Shown in pieces: positions 51,120 through 64,000 of a stretch of 64,000 bases of DNA. The DNA comes from Paraphysomonas bandaiensis. Its lineage: Eukaryota; Protista; Chrysophyceae. Within the stretch, counting starts at the first letter, position 1, and the number at the start of each line of letters is the position of its first letter. The stretch covers positions 62,001-126,000 of the forward strand of contig CBFFRP010000263.1 of the NCBI GenBank assembly GCA_965644295.1, given 5' to 3'. Below the pieces are notes generated by a model. The model was not told where the DNA came from. It did not search any database and saw only the letters and a program-made list of their open reading frames with translations. The translations under genes were made by a program, and so were the position numbers.

Positions 51120-51490
51120 TTTAATGCCGCAAGCACCAAGGTGCGACCACTTCCGCTCTGAGTTCTTAAGAAGGTGAACATCCCGAATGCTTGACTTCAG
51201 CAGGCAGCCCAACACCCCAGTTATTCTTGAGGTGGGCCCTGTCCCGAATGCCCTAGAGGTGGGCCCATTCCCTGATGCCTGTTTATACGTCAGGGCCCAA
51301 AGACGTCTACACAAGTGACACTTATTTGCGTCCCTTGTACCACACAAGCATTCGGCTATGAGTGAGCAGAAGAATATCTGCTGACTATGTTTGCGGCTCA
51401 AGTTAGTTTCCCAGCAGAGAGAATCTCTCCGGTACTTATCCCCCAGACACCACGAAAAGGTGCGAGTCCGATTTTGTTGAGGGGACAATT
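51120..51490 (-). ncRNA. Candidate structured non-coding RNA or structured repeat remnant (unclassified)
   Basis: GC-richer island in AT-rich intergenic DNA with many nested helices; no known family motif recognised. Confidence 0.3.
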
Positions 51491-52690
51491 CATTAATATA
51501 CGCAGCCCTGTAATACATAATTTTTACGCAGCTGACACATGAATCTGATGCGCAAAGCTTATTGTTCGTAAGTCAGGAATATATTGACAGTCTACAAATA
51601 TTTCAATTGAGATAAAAGTATATTTAGAGCCCTGGCAAAGATATATCTAACCGATTCTGGTGAAAGTAAGTGATTTCTACATATAGATTTCTAAAAGCAT
51701 TTAGTAAATTAATATTTTTTATCTTTACACGTTGCACAAACCCTTAAAGCTACTTTGATGAACATAACACATCTCCGAAAGAAAGGAGTTATAAATTACA
51801 CTAAAGACTTCGCATATTATGCATGTAACATCTATCTGCTGGTGAACATTTATTCTCCTAAACATCTATTTTTCATATATTTACCAGTCCCTTCTACAGC
51901 TTATATATAATCACACATCAGTGATGACTGAATTTACTTCCTTTGTGACTACATTCTCCCGTTACACCAATGAATTGATTTCACCTTTTGCACACTATTA
52001 ACTCACTTCAATTGCATCATACTGCAGAACTCAACACTCGCACTCAATTGGATGTAGTTAACTATTTTAAAATTTATGATGAACATTGCTTCGGATTCGC
52101 AACCCCCGAACCACATAGGACACAGAAGGTGGGCGTATGACTCCGCTGGTATAGCTAGCTCCCACCATATCTGCGACAATTTGTTCAGCAGTCTTAAATT
52201 TCCCCCAAGGTTTCGCTCCCTCTGTTCAGTAAATTCTGGACCACATATATATTGAATGCTTGTGCGTTGCAGCGACCAACCTAACAACTCGCGCGAGACT
52301 AAGCATAACATGATGACTCTCATCTAGTTACTATTGCATCCATATGTATGATGTATTTATACTTTAGTGTTAACAAAAACAATAAAATATTATAAAAGAG
52401 TCGTCCAATTAAAGTTGTTTTGAAGTATACCAGTAATACTTTCCATGGACGAGTTGTAGTGTAATAGAAGTATTACATTCCCTGCATTATCATATAAATA
52501 CGTAGTACACAATCCGATATACTTATATGCGATAATAATTCAAGGCTACCAAGGATAGATTTCACGTGAGTGGCACATAATTTTTTCTTACAAAAATAGA
52601 AGCAAAAACTGTGTTTCTGATAGTGATACTGCTGCCATAGGCTTTTCGAAACATGTAATAAAAGTATTGTGAGATCATGCTGTCATAATC

Positions 52691-53417
52691 TCACGCAATT
52701 CGTATAAAATATGAAGTCATCTGGCAAGATTGTTGAGTTTTCGTGTTGAATCCGTCCCATTCCTGCAACAGAGAAACACAAATAATTATACTGTACACCA
52801 TACATACTAAGCATACGACAACTTACCATTCTAATATTGTTTGCATCGATCATAGTACGCTTGTGCAAATTCACTAATCCCACATCGCTTTCATCCAGAG
52901 GGATCTGCTTGACAAAGAGTGCCTTATTTTCCTCATCAACCCAAGCTTTAAAAATATATGTTTCTCCAGTGTCAATCTTGTAACGCGCTGGCTCTGCTGT
53001 TTCCTCACTTGTGCCTAAGCAGAGATCCATATCAAGTGTTTTAACACCTTCCCCAAAGTCTCGAATCAACCCCAATCTACCTGGAGAAAATTTGATAGTG
53101 TTTCGAACCTTAAAAAATACAACAGAAGCTAATTTACGTCGTAAATACGTCTGACCACTGAACTCTAAGTATGCATCAAAGTTCTCAGCATCTCTCTGCC
53201 TCCAGACACCACTCATTATCTCCTTCCAGTCAGCAGAGTTGGATCGTAAGTTACGTGACTTAGAACGTATGTATTTGATGATGTGTTCTTGTGCTTGCTC
53301 TTGCGCTATAATGGCTTTCTTTGAGCGGTAATTGTACACTATGATGAACCCCACTACAAGCACTGAATACACGGGAACGATTATATTTTCAAAGCAGAAC
53401 GATGCGACAGTGTCCAT
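52691..53417 (-). CDS. FABP/calycin-like lipid-binding protein with N-terminal TM anchor; exons 53417-52827 and 52762-52691
   Basis: MSGVWRQRDAENFDAYLEFSGQTYLRRKLA fits the FABP N-terminal signature. TM IIVPVYSVLVVGFIIVY. The spliced C-terminus ends MTSYFIRIA. Confidence 0.7.
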
Positions 53418-55247
53418 TGTATGTTCAGGTCACAGTATAATATAGATGGCCTAAAGCATTAGACGTGAGGTAGAGTGGTGAGTAATGACGGATGGGTGTA
53501 TGTATATATGGGCAGTCGTGTCACATGAAATTGCGGTCGAAGCTTCAACAGCACGCCCAGCAGAGAGGCACACTGACGTTGTCCTCTATGCCATCTAGAA
53601 GGTACAGCGGTATACAGCAGTAGTATGGGTATACCAACATGGTATACACAGCAGTGTATGGCGGTTCCTACTGCAGTCTGTGTACAGATCATGTCCATAT
53701 ACTGCTGTGCAGATAGATATGCTACTGTGTATGTCAGTTTGACAGATATGTGGGGCACTCTATCATCATATGTACTCTTTCTAGGCTCTGTGTTGGTAGT
53801 GCGTGGTTTACCTTTGAAAGTGACAGTAAGGCTGATAGATTCAGTGAGCGACGGCCAGTATACTGTATAGTCAGTTTTTAGATTAAGGCATGTGGGCATA
53901 GCCAATGAGAGATACAGCGTTATAGTTTATTGAACCGGGGAGTCTGATACTCGATGTTGGGACTAACGTTGTATCCCATGTCTCAACATGTCGGCAAACA
54001 CGGTCAAGTCTATACAGTCGAAGTTCAACCGGACATATTCTTGTATTTAAATTGTACTTAGCATTGAATGGTTTATCAATTATGCTTCCAATGGAAGTGG
54101 GAGTTGAATTCTTCTCACTGTCACGCTTTGAGGGAATTTTATATATGGAAAAAGCTGCCTCCACTTTGTTAAATCTATCGTTAAAATGTTGTACTATTAT
54201 GGGCTACCCTATGACGTATGTAGCACCATTAATCACTGATCCTAATATACAGCACTTTGCGATAAAATAAGAGGACTTATCACAGAATAACGTCTATTGT
54301 TAGAAATGAGACAGCAGGCTTTTCATTATTTTACTACAGTTTTATCACACAAAGCAGAGTTTGGAAACTAAAGAGAACAGCATTCATATTTGGTGATAGG
54401 AAGACCAATTGTAAATAACTAGCGTAGCTTCCTATGAATTAAAATTTAATTAAAAATAGATTGCTGTTGAAATATCATATACTGTGCAGATTGTCCCCCG
54501 GAACACAGTTGATTGCAGCATACTTACGCAATGAACACAATGCCTTGGAAAAAGATGACTCAGATGACGAGTATAGCAGAAGTACATTAGACATTAGACG
54601 AAGCTGAAGTTCCAGAAGACTGGATTGAATACATATACAATTCTATTGTTATTCCTTATTTGTACAAGATAGTTGGCGACACCACAGCACACAAGCATGA
54701 ATTCTTAAGCAACAAGCAAGCTTTTGTATTTTTCGATCCATCAGATTCGTTTGCGATGACTCTACATGCAAGAGAGGAAGAGCATTCGACGGTGACGTAG
54801 AAGCTCAACGTAATGTAGAGCAGGAGTGCGATCACGATGTTATGGAACAAGCTTTCAGGAACTACATGTTGCAATAGCGTTGGTAGCTAGGCTGAATAAT
54901 TGATAATAGTTTCAACGTAGACTCAAGACTCAGCAGCCTTTCACTAATACGTTCTTAAGAATGTGATATGCAAGCAAATCTACTATTGGACTATGTTATC
55001 TTTGCGTCCAGTACTACGCTACTTGTTGAAGTAGTTTCAAAACCTAACATGTGCTGTTCACAGTCTGTCAGTGAACACAACAGAAGATTGCATGACGTCA
55101 CTACTACTCCACTCAATGCCGTATTACGACAACGCTATTTCCCGACATCTCATCTACAAATCGATAACATGGATCAACATGACTGTAAATTACTCGTTGA
55201 AGAAGTCTTTGTTATTAACACACCACCAGAAAGACACAAGGCAGTAT

Positions 55248-55684
55248 TTACTTGCTCTCCTGCTTGGACTTTCTCAATCTAGAAACTGCAGTGCGCACAG
55301 TGGTGGCGGCAGAAGTGCTAAAAGATAAATACGTCAAGATATTATTAGTTTCGATTAAGTTCACTGACCTGAGAACGTAAGCACCGCCAGCCATAGTCTT
55401 CTTGCAGCGAATGCATTTCCAGATTCCAGTAGCCTGTCTCTTCACGCTGCAATAAAACAAATTACAACAATAGAGCAGTAAAATAATAAGACGTACGCAT
55501 CCTTGCCACAGAAAGCACAGTTATATTTGGAGTGCTGGGTGACCTCCATCTTCTTGATCACCTTACGGAGGGTAGCACCATATCTGGTGCCGTATTTCCC
55601 ACAAATTCCGACCTTCTTAGTGTGGTTTCCCTAAATAAAATAATCATAACACCAGGAATAATACAAACAAAGAGCACTAACCAT
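55248..55684 (-). CDS. RPL37A: 60S ribosomal protein eL43 (L37a), 4 exons
   Basis: M|[84 protein letters not shown]. Confidence 0.97.
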
Positions 55685-56149
55685 GGTAGTCTGGTTAAAT
55701 GCAAAGACTCAGGTGTGTTAATAGTATGTTATACTTCTCTGTTACCGTCTCACAATGAGCGTCTTCTTTGTCAACCATCACTGTGTAGGAGCCACACATC
55801 TTTGAGAGACACTTCCAATAAACTGAAAATATCAATGATAGGAATACGTACACTGTATTCTGCTGTATTGATAACATATGTGTACTGTAGTGTACAGTAT
55901 CCTCATATCATGTACATGTACAGCAGCAGAGACATAATGTACTGCTGCACATGTGCTCTCTATACGATGTAGGTGTACTGCTGAGGGCTATATGAGGATA
56001 TGAGCTCCCTGTATATGATATGAGGGTGGTTGCCATAACGTTCAAGCAATCCACAGGATACATATAGCAATATAGCAGGGTCCTAGTATAGTTGTGAGGG
56101 TTGATCAGTGGTGCTGTGGACTAGAATAGCATAACATATAACGGCAGCT

Positions 56150-59100
56150 ATGACGACTAGACGGTAATATACACATGTATCTATCACTAACGATGTACTC
56201 ATTTTACTCATGTTCATCAGGAGAACCGAAAAGAAGAAGAGGGTCGTTGAGAAGAGGGTTATCGTGGGCGTTGAAGATATGGTGCTGCTGCGAGATACTC
56301 GTGATGTCGGCATAGTGGAGAATCTACGAGACAGACTCACTGCAGGGTGCATATATACTTACATTGGACACGTTTTAGTTGTATGCAATCCATATAAATG
56401 GCTTCCGATATACGAAAAAGAAGTTATGAAACAGTATGTTCATCAGGTAACGAAATATATTTGTTACTTGAAAAGCTGACGATTAGCAGGCTCGGGTGGA
56501 CGTATCACCACATATATTCGCAGTTGCCGAAGCGGCTTATCGGAATATGGTCACGGAGGAAGAGTCACAGTGTGTAATTATATCAGGCGAATCTGGTGCA
56601 GGTAAGAATGTGCAGTCATGAACTGACGTATATGTTTTTACTTATTGGCACAGGAAAAACTGAAGCGTCTAAGCAAATTCAGGTACTTCTTCGACTATGG
56701 GTAGTAGATATGAATATTTGATAGTTTATGTACTTTCATTATCAATGCACAATGTTAAGTTTTGTGTCATACCTCTCGTTAGGCTTATATTGCTGAAGTT
56801 AGTGGTGGAGGGGAAAGTGTTGATCATATTAAGCGCGTATTTCTGGAGTCTAATCCAGTACTAGAGGCGTTTGGAAATGCTAAAACTCTACGCAATAACA
56901 ACTCTTCCCGCTTTGGGAAATATTTCGAGCTGAAGTTTAACTACTATGGGTGTCCTCAGGGTGGTGTAGTCACCAATTATCTATTAGAGAAAAGCAGAAT
57001 TTGCAATCCAGGAGAAGGGGAACGAAACTTTCACATATTCTATCAGATACTCGCATCTAGCTTTTGTGCTAACCTCCATCTGACGTCGCCTGATAACTAT
57101 CGTATACTCTCTTGCAGGTAAACTGTTCACGTGAGATGACACCATATGTTTTTCTGATATAGAGACAGCAATTGTTATTGCGTAGATGGTCTAAATGATA
57201 GCGAAGAATTTAATGTTACGATAAATGCGATGCGGAGTGTCGGAATGGGAAAAAATCAGATTCAAGCCATCTTATCTCTTGTGGCCGCCATCATGCACTT
57301 AGGAAACGTGGTTTTCATTCCTCGGCAAGTAAGCGGTGCTGATGGCTCTGCCATACAAAATAAGGTATGATACGTTTTGAAATCGAGTTATATGTCCTAA
57401 TAGTGCAGTAGGATGAGCTACGCCACTTTTGCGAGCTGACTAAACTGGACCTAGCGGCCGTGGAGCATTCCTTGACATTTCGGTGATGACTAGTCATGTT
57501 TTTTAATATCCTCTTATTTGAACATAGGCAGCTGCAAACGATGGCTGCTGGGGGTCGAGTGGAGTCTTATGAGGTTCCACAAAATACTTCTCAAGCAAGC
57601 GCGAGGAGAGATGCACTATGCAAATCTCTTTACGAGCGCATGTTCAATCTCATTGTGTCTCGGATAAATGTTGCTCTTGACCCATCCAAAGCTGAGGTCA
57701 GCCCACGAGTAAGTCGTCTGCCTGTGATATGGGCGAGTGTGGTTTAACTGGTAATGACTAGGGTTTATTGAGCGTGGGTGTGCTGGATATCTATGGATTT
57801 GAGATCTTTCAGAACAATGGATTTGAACAATTGTGCATCAACTACGTCAATGAAAAATTGCAGCAGATTTTCATTGAACTAACTCTTCGGTTGGTTGCGT
57901 TTGAATTATTATGATATTACATCTTATCTGTTGCAGTGCGGAACAAGACGAGTATCGATCGGAGGGCATCACCTGGACACCCATTCCTTTCTTTAATAAC
58001 AAGTACTGAACTGCTTGTGTACATGTCAGATGTCCACTAATTGCTTGACGTATTGTGTGATCTCAAACAGGGTAGTATGTGACCTGCTCGACTCTGCGAG
58101 GCCCGCTGGCGTATTTAGAATTCTAGATGATACATGCAAGGTACGATGGGTGCGTTGCACGAGGTAATATATGCTAAAAGGATGCACAGACTATGCATGG
58201 CACCAAGGCAAACATGGACATCGATAGGAAGTTCACTGAAACTGCGTCACAGATCCATGGCAGTCACAAGTAAGATGGCGACATGCGGGATAGATACAAT
58301 AACATTGCTATTCATAGGCACTTTGTCAGCAGTTCTTCGTCATTTACGATTAAGCACTATGCTGGAGATGTTACCTATTCATGTGGAAAGGTACTCTTTT
58401 ACATCATCCAAACTTTTCTAATTGTAAAGTTTTTTTATAGTTTGGAGTGTCGAACAAGGATGCTTTAGGCCAAGATTTAGTCATACTTTTGAAGGTGTGC
58501 TCCATAATGATGTGTATCAGCCTATAGTATAACTAATATCACGTTCGTAGAGCTCTCAGGACAAACTGATCCAGTTCATTTACCCTGAAGAAATCGACCT
58601 CAACGACAAGAAGGGCCCACCTACAGCTGGACAGAGAATTCGAGTTCAGGTAAGTTGTCTTATAATAATCTATCGGCTGTTGTAAGTTTATAATATTTTA
58701 TTTTTCCAGTGCAATGAGCTTGTGAATGCTCTTATGCAGTGCTCTCCGCATTATGTTCGGTACAGTTATCATTTTAGTATTCTGTGCTTTTTCTGAGTCA
58801 TTCCAACTACAGTTGCATTAAGTCGAACGATCAAAAGAGAGCACTCAATATAGATGTGAAGCGTGTTCAGCACCAGTCAAAGTACCTCGGTCTTTGCGAG
58901 AATATTAAAGTAAGGCGCGCGGGTTTTGCATACAGAGCCGAATATCATAGGTACCGGTGCATCGTAAATATGTCAACATATTTTCAAGTTGTTAAAGGTT
59001 TCTCGAGCGATTTAATATCCTCTCTCCGCGTACGTACCCCGAATGGCGTGGTAGCGATAAAGCTGGATGCAAGGAAATTTTAAAGTTCATATATTAACAT

Positions 59101-61269
59101 CATTGGTTTGATACTCTAATTGTGCTTTTGACAGAGAAGTAGCTGCTAAAATTCCAGGATTAACTAGAGAAGAGATGCAGCTTGGCAACACCAAGGTTAT
59201 TGTAGACGTGCTGTAATAACACTTCAAGTACGCTAATTGCTGCTCAGCTATTTATTCGTCAACCCGAGACATACTTCGAGTTAGAAAAGCTTCGAGAAAT
59301 ACGGTACTAATATACACGTACTAACATTCTGACTGTAATTTAATGTGTTCAGCATTGGCGACTTTGTTGTAGTTATTCAACGAGCGTGGAGATCGTATCA
59401 CAATCGCAAGGAATATGTTACAATGCAGGTATTGGGTGACTTGTCGTGAAAGGTGCACCTGCATTATCATTTTGTGGTGCACAGATGGAAATTGCCAAGA
59501 TCTATAAAGATGCGGGCAAATCCCGTCGGCGGGACAGTATATTTAGACCCTACAAGGTTGCGTACTACTATATGTACAAAATATATTTAATGCACAATGA
59601 ACAGGGCGACTACCTTGAGTCCCTGCCATTATATGAGAGGGAATCGCTGACAGATATTAAGTATAATGTTTAAACTTATAGTGTTCGTGTAATTTGTTGC
59701 TGCCAGGGATGCTATTTTTCGAATTATTGATCACTACGATGAAAATGAGAACATTGTGTTTGCTGACGGAAACTGCTACCAGGTAAATAGTTTGGCATTA
59801 TCTGGTTATGATCAATGTAATTTCAGAACATTTTTTCTTAGTTATGTTCCAAAAACACGGCCCCCCTGAAGGCGGCAATAAGTCGCCATGATGCTCCACC
59901 TCCGTTTACATATTCAGAAGATCTAGCCGGAGTGTTGCAATCACGCCTGGTAGTTTTGACTAATGGAGCGCTCTACATAATGGAGCGAACTGTGGAAGAG
60001 ATAGGACACACTCCGCACGGCACCCATCAACCTTCTCCTAAATCTCTACCGAAGTATGACTTTCCAATGATAGTTGACAACTTAATATATTGTGCGTAGA
60101 GTAATTTTAAGGCGGCGCATTCCACTTCCAAAGAAATATATGCAAGGTGCTATTCTAACTCCTCTGGCTGATAGCACTATTGCTATTTCATGCACCCCTC
60201 ATGCTGCGTTACCAACTGTTCGAAGAGACCATTGGAAGGATGACAGTGAAGTGAGTTTTATGTACCTGATGTCAATGGGGCTTGACGTCTTTTCAGGTGA
60301 CTCACTGTCCAGTAACTGGGAAGAAATTTGGACTATTTGTCAGACGTCATCACTGTCGAATTTCGGGAGGCATATATTGTGAGGAAGTATCGAATTTTAG
60401 GTAATTCAAGTAATTTTCCGTATCCCTGATAATACGATTTCCCAGACAAAATCTTCCCGACTTCGGATTTTATAATGGACCGGAGCGTGTTGCTGATGCC
60501 TTTATTGGTCTTGAAAGCATCGATATAATGGAAGACGTTGTGCTCTTTTGTGACAGGAAAAGCGAGGTATCGATAACATACAAATATAAGATCTTGTCTT
60601 TATCAACTTTGTTTTCATTCAGCTTCTTGGTCACCTTATGAATGAGTGGAAAAAAATAAACAAATCCAAATTCCCGATAACTTTTACAGATGAGGCTTCA
60701 CTGCGCAGTGCACCTGTGTCTGCTATGTCCAATATACCTGTCTCATCGATGTTATTCAAACCGAGTCCATCAGTGCCGGATGAGGAGTTCAAACTTTCAA
60801 CCGCTGGTCCTTCTCGAATCAGTGTTACCGTTCCGGTTGGTCTATCGCATGCAATAGTGGAACAAAGACAAAAGAAAATGGCAAATATGCGACGGGAAGC
60901 AGAAGCGAAAAGGAAACGTCAGGACGCTGAGCGCCGAGAACGACAAGCACAGAGAGAGGCACAGAGAGAGGAAGAGCGAAGAATTCGGCAAGAGCAAAAA
61001 AGGTGTGGTGACAGTCAATTTAATAAATTTTGAAGTTATAGTTCATATTTTAAAGGGCACAAAAGGCTGAAGCGAAAGCAGCCTTACAGAGAGCAGCGGA
61101 GATGAACGAAGCTACCAATAAGAAGAAATCTGCAGCGTTGAAAGGGGCTCGAAAATTTGGAGATCAAGGTTCAGTGGGCACGACTAGAGCACCCGAGCCA
61201 GCAAGTGGTGCAACATCTGAATTAGCAGCTGCGATGGCTCGACGAAGAGCTGCACAAGGAAACATATGA
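56150..61269 (+). CDS. Class I-like myosin with IQ, TH1-like tail containing a degenerate FYVE, and charged helical C-terminus (~25 exons)
   Basis: [103 protein letters not shown]; RRHHCR FYVE motif. Confidence 0.92.
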
Positions 61270-61974
61270 CGTCGCACTGACCTCTGAGTAATGCAAATAT
61301 AACATATGTGTTACTATGCTGTGCTTGTCATCACAATCCGTAATAGATTTATGATATTTCATACACAATGTAGTTTATTCAAGTTAGCTGCATGTTGTAT
61401 TCTCTAGTCATAACTCTATATTGTAAATTCATCGAGCGCAGGAATCTATTGTACACTCGTTTTAGTTGCGCGCTCTGGCAAGACCGTGTGAGTTTATACC
61501 TTGGAGAATTGGTACAGTACGTAATTATACCCTCTACGTTTGCTAGAATAGTCAGACAAAGAGGCGATATATGGGAAGACACTATCAACATCATGCAATC
61601 ATCGTTGGTAGTTGCAATACATTAGAAAAAGCTACATCAAATCTATTTGCATGGTTTAGTTTGGTAACTGTTGACAAGTGATGAAGGTTGGGAACATAAA
61701 TTCGTCAATAATTCATATACTACTCTTGTTCTATCCTATGCAGTAACACTATTGCCGACATACTGGAGCAAACAACAGAGCGATGTTACAATAATGCTAA
61801 ACAGAATCTCTGACGCTGTGATCCTGTATGAGTGATATATGCGTAGAGTTATACGCAGTTAGACTGCATACAACTCTACACATGCAGTAGAGATGGTGAC
61901 CACTAGACGCCATTAATTTCGTTACATCATATGAGGGTGAAGTGAGCCCTGCAACGACACTCTCTTAATGTGCA

Positions 61975-62352
61975 TGTATGTATGTATGTATGTATGTATG
62001 TATGTATGTATGTATGTATGTATGTATGTATGTATGTATGTATGTATGTATGTATGTATGTATGTATGTATGTATGTATGTATGTATGTATGTATGTATG
62101 TATGTATGTATGTATGTATGTATGTATGTATGTATGTATGTATGTATGTATGTATGTATGTATGTATGTATGTATGTATGTATGTATGTATGTATGTATG
62201 TATGTATGTATGTATGTATGTATGTATGTATGTATGTATGTATGTATGTATGTATGTATGTATGTATGTATGTATGTATGTATGTATGTATGTATGTATG
62301 TATGTATGTATGTATGTATGTATGTATGTATGTATGTATGTGTGTGTGTGTG
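61975..62352. repeat. (TATG)n microsatellite ending in (TG)n
   Basis: Directly visible perfect array of ~370 bp. Confidence 0.99.
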
Positions 62353-62399
62353 TATTTGATATGGTGTATGTGCAGTGTTGGTGTGTCAGATCATTCAAT

Positions 62400-64000
62400 A
62401 TGGTCGGTCTCGTGGCAGCTATATTCTGTCTATATCTCCAAATAACAGAGGTGGATGGCGATCCCCCCTCATGCTGCTCTCATCTCCCCGTGTCTCTAGA
62501 CAGGTGTTTATCCCCCGTATCGTCTAATGGATCTGTCAGTATCATCACTCCTGTATCTGCATATCTATCTGACAGCAGCGCTCATGCAATAGCATTAAAT
62601 AGCTTTTACAGTCACTACAATAAATACTCTCTTTATACAGTTGATACTGAGGGAAATGATCGTCACTGGGATGCAGTCAGCCGCCTCTACAAGACTCTCA
62701 TGCTGCAGTCAGACAGAGGTGTTGACTATGTCGTATATATCAGTAATGATGTGGTGTTCATTGATTACAGTATGAGGATTGAGTTATTGGGCTCGCAGTA
62801 TAAATATGCGGATATCTTTTTATCAAGAGAGGACCGAATTAGCAGCAATGTGAGTTTGAACGTAATAATTGCACGGAATACAGAATGGACGATCGAATTT
62901 TTGTCAAGGTGGCTGTCTCGGAAGAATGAAGGTGTATATGCTGAAGATGTTCTTCAACAGTTGTTGTTGACATATACTAGTGGTGTACCCATTGACACGA
63001 ATCAACATGCAGATGAGGGAGGGTACATATACCACAGGGTGGCTGTTTTGCCACCCCGTGTACTTGGATCTATACCCCCGGTTTGGCGAACACACAGAAA
63101 AAGTAGTCAGTTTCTTGATCTTTCCCACGAGCATATGGTTTATCGTGCGGTGGCTTTTCGGAGGTTGCACATGAAGGCATGCGAGCGCCTATCATCAATA
63201 AACGGTGAAATGATAGCCGCACCACAACTTATTGGAGTTAAGCTAGAATGGCTTGAGCTTCTACTTTCCGAACTTCCACTGGAGCAAGTATTTAGTGTGG
63301 AGAAACTTTTAGAATGGTGTAAAAATCGTACCAAATTTGAGGTAGAGTGCGCATTTCAAGTATATTATGTCTAACGATGTTGCTCTAGTACGATCAACTT
63401 CGATTTCAAGAAGTTATTGGTGTGTACAATTATATGCAGGAGCTGTTACAGGTAGTTTGAGACATAGGCTTCACATTGTTTAACGCAAGTTATTGAAGCC
63501 TATAGATAGTGCTTATTCTGATGCTTTATTTGTGGGTGATATGGAGAATGGATACGCTATGAGATTGGAGTCGTCACAGCTTGAAATTCTCCTGTGGTGC
63601 TATGTAAACTTAAGAACATTAGCACTTAAGCACATTGATTCAGGTAATATGTACATTTTTGTTTAGGATAGTTTATGAGTGTGATGTGGATTTATTACAG
63701 ATGTTTCGCTGACATATGACTTGGTGACTGAAGTAGAGGCGATATTATTTAGAGCTATTAGCGTTGCTTACGAAGTCATCGAGTTTTGCCTACATGATGA
63801 GACACGGAATACAATGCGAATCCAACTGCTGTTGGAGATCAGCAGAGTCATTCTGCCAAAGATGCGAACCGTTAGCATCGAAGACGGGTTACTGACGTAC
63901 TATGAGTTCAAAACGAATGCTCTCTTGATGCAGCAGTATCAGCTGGCCGGAAACATGGAGGAATATTTAAAGAGCATAGGGACACTTATTTTCAACTGGA
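62400..64000 (+). CDS. GT34 (GMA12/MNN10)-like glycosyltransferase-fold protein with signal/TM; runs off the window end
   Basis: MVGLVAAIFCLYLQ signal; DYVVYISNDVVFID, DIFLSRED, VIIARNTEWTIEFLSRW and EDVLQ fit the GT34 pattern, but the DxD is degenerate. Further exons follow. Confidence 0.55.

Noticed and set aside
51117-51518. 133-aa ORF over the structured island
   Set aside because: Composition is not protein-like and no motif is present; the pairing pattern explains the region better.
52003-52323. 106-aa ORF or weakly structured GC-richer patch
   Set aside because: Only short hairpins and no protein motif; insufficient support.

Overview
Gene-dense eukaryotic DNA with many short (about 45-120 nt) GT-AG introns. 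Gene content and domain architectures suggest a stramenopile protist (inference). About 17 host genes are supported: CCR4-type deadenylase, TSTD2-like rhodanese, PH + inositol 5-phosphatase, PPIE-like RRM protein, TKL-like pseudokinase-PH-SAM, GH92 mannosidase, three unknowns, organellar uL13 (missed by the ORF track), an SQ/TQ-BRCT-BAH protein, a double GT11-like fucosyltransferase, Exo84, a membrane-anchored FABP-like protein, eL43/RPL37A, myosin I with FYVE, and a GT34-like gene. A transposon nest at 18.4-25.0 kb holds three non-autonomous TIR elements with 3-bp TSDs and a young, intact Ty1/copia LTR retrotransposon. That element is the most striking object. It has no tRNA-type primer site. 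Instead, the 16 nt at the 5' LTR/internal boundary are the perfect reverse complement of a 16-nt motif inside its own LTR, the geometry of Tf1-style self-priming. Its LTRs end CG...CG rather than TG...CA, its integrase appears to carry D in place of the catalytic E, and no TSD is visible. Other oddities: a 25-copy minisatellite built from an exon/donor-site junction, (TACA)n arrays filling promoter space, a 594-bp identical patch inside an old intragenic duplication, and a highly foldable ~370-nt intergenic segment. All calls come from reading the sequence by eye; no database searches were run.
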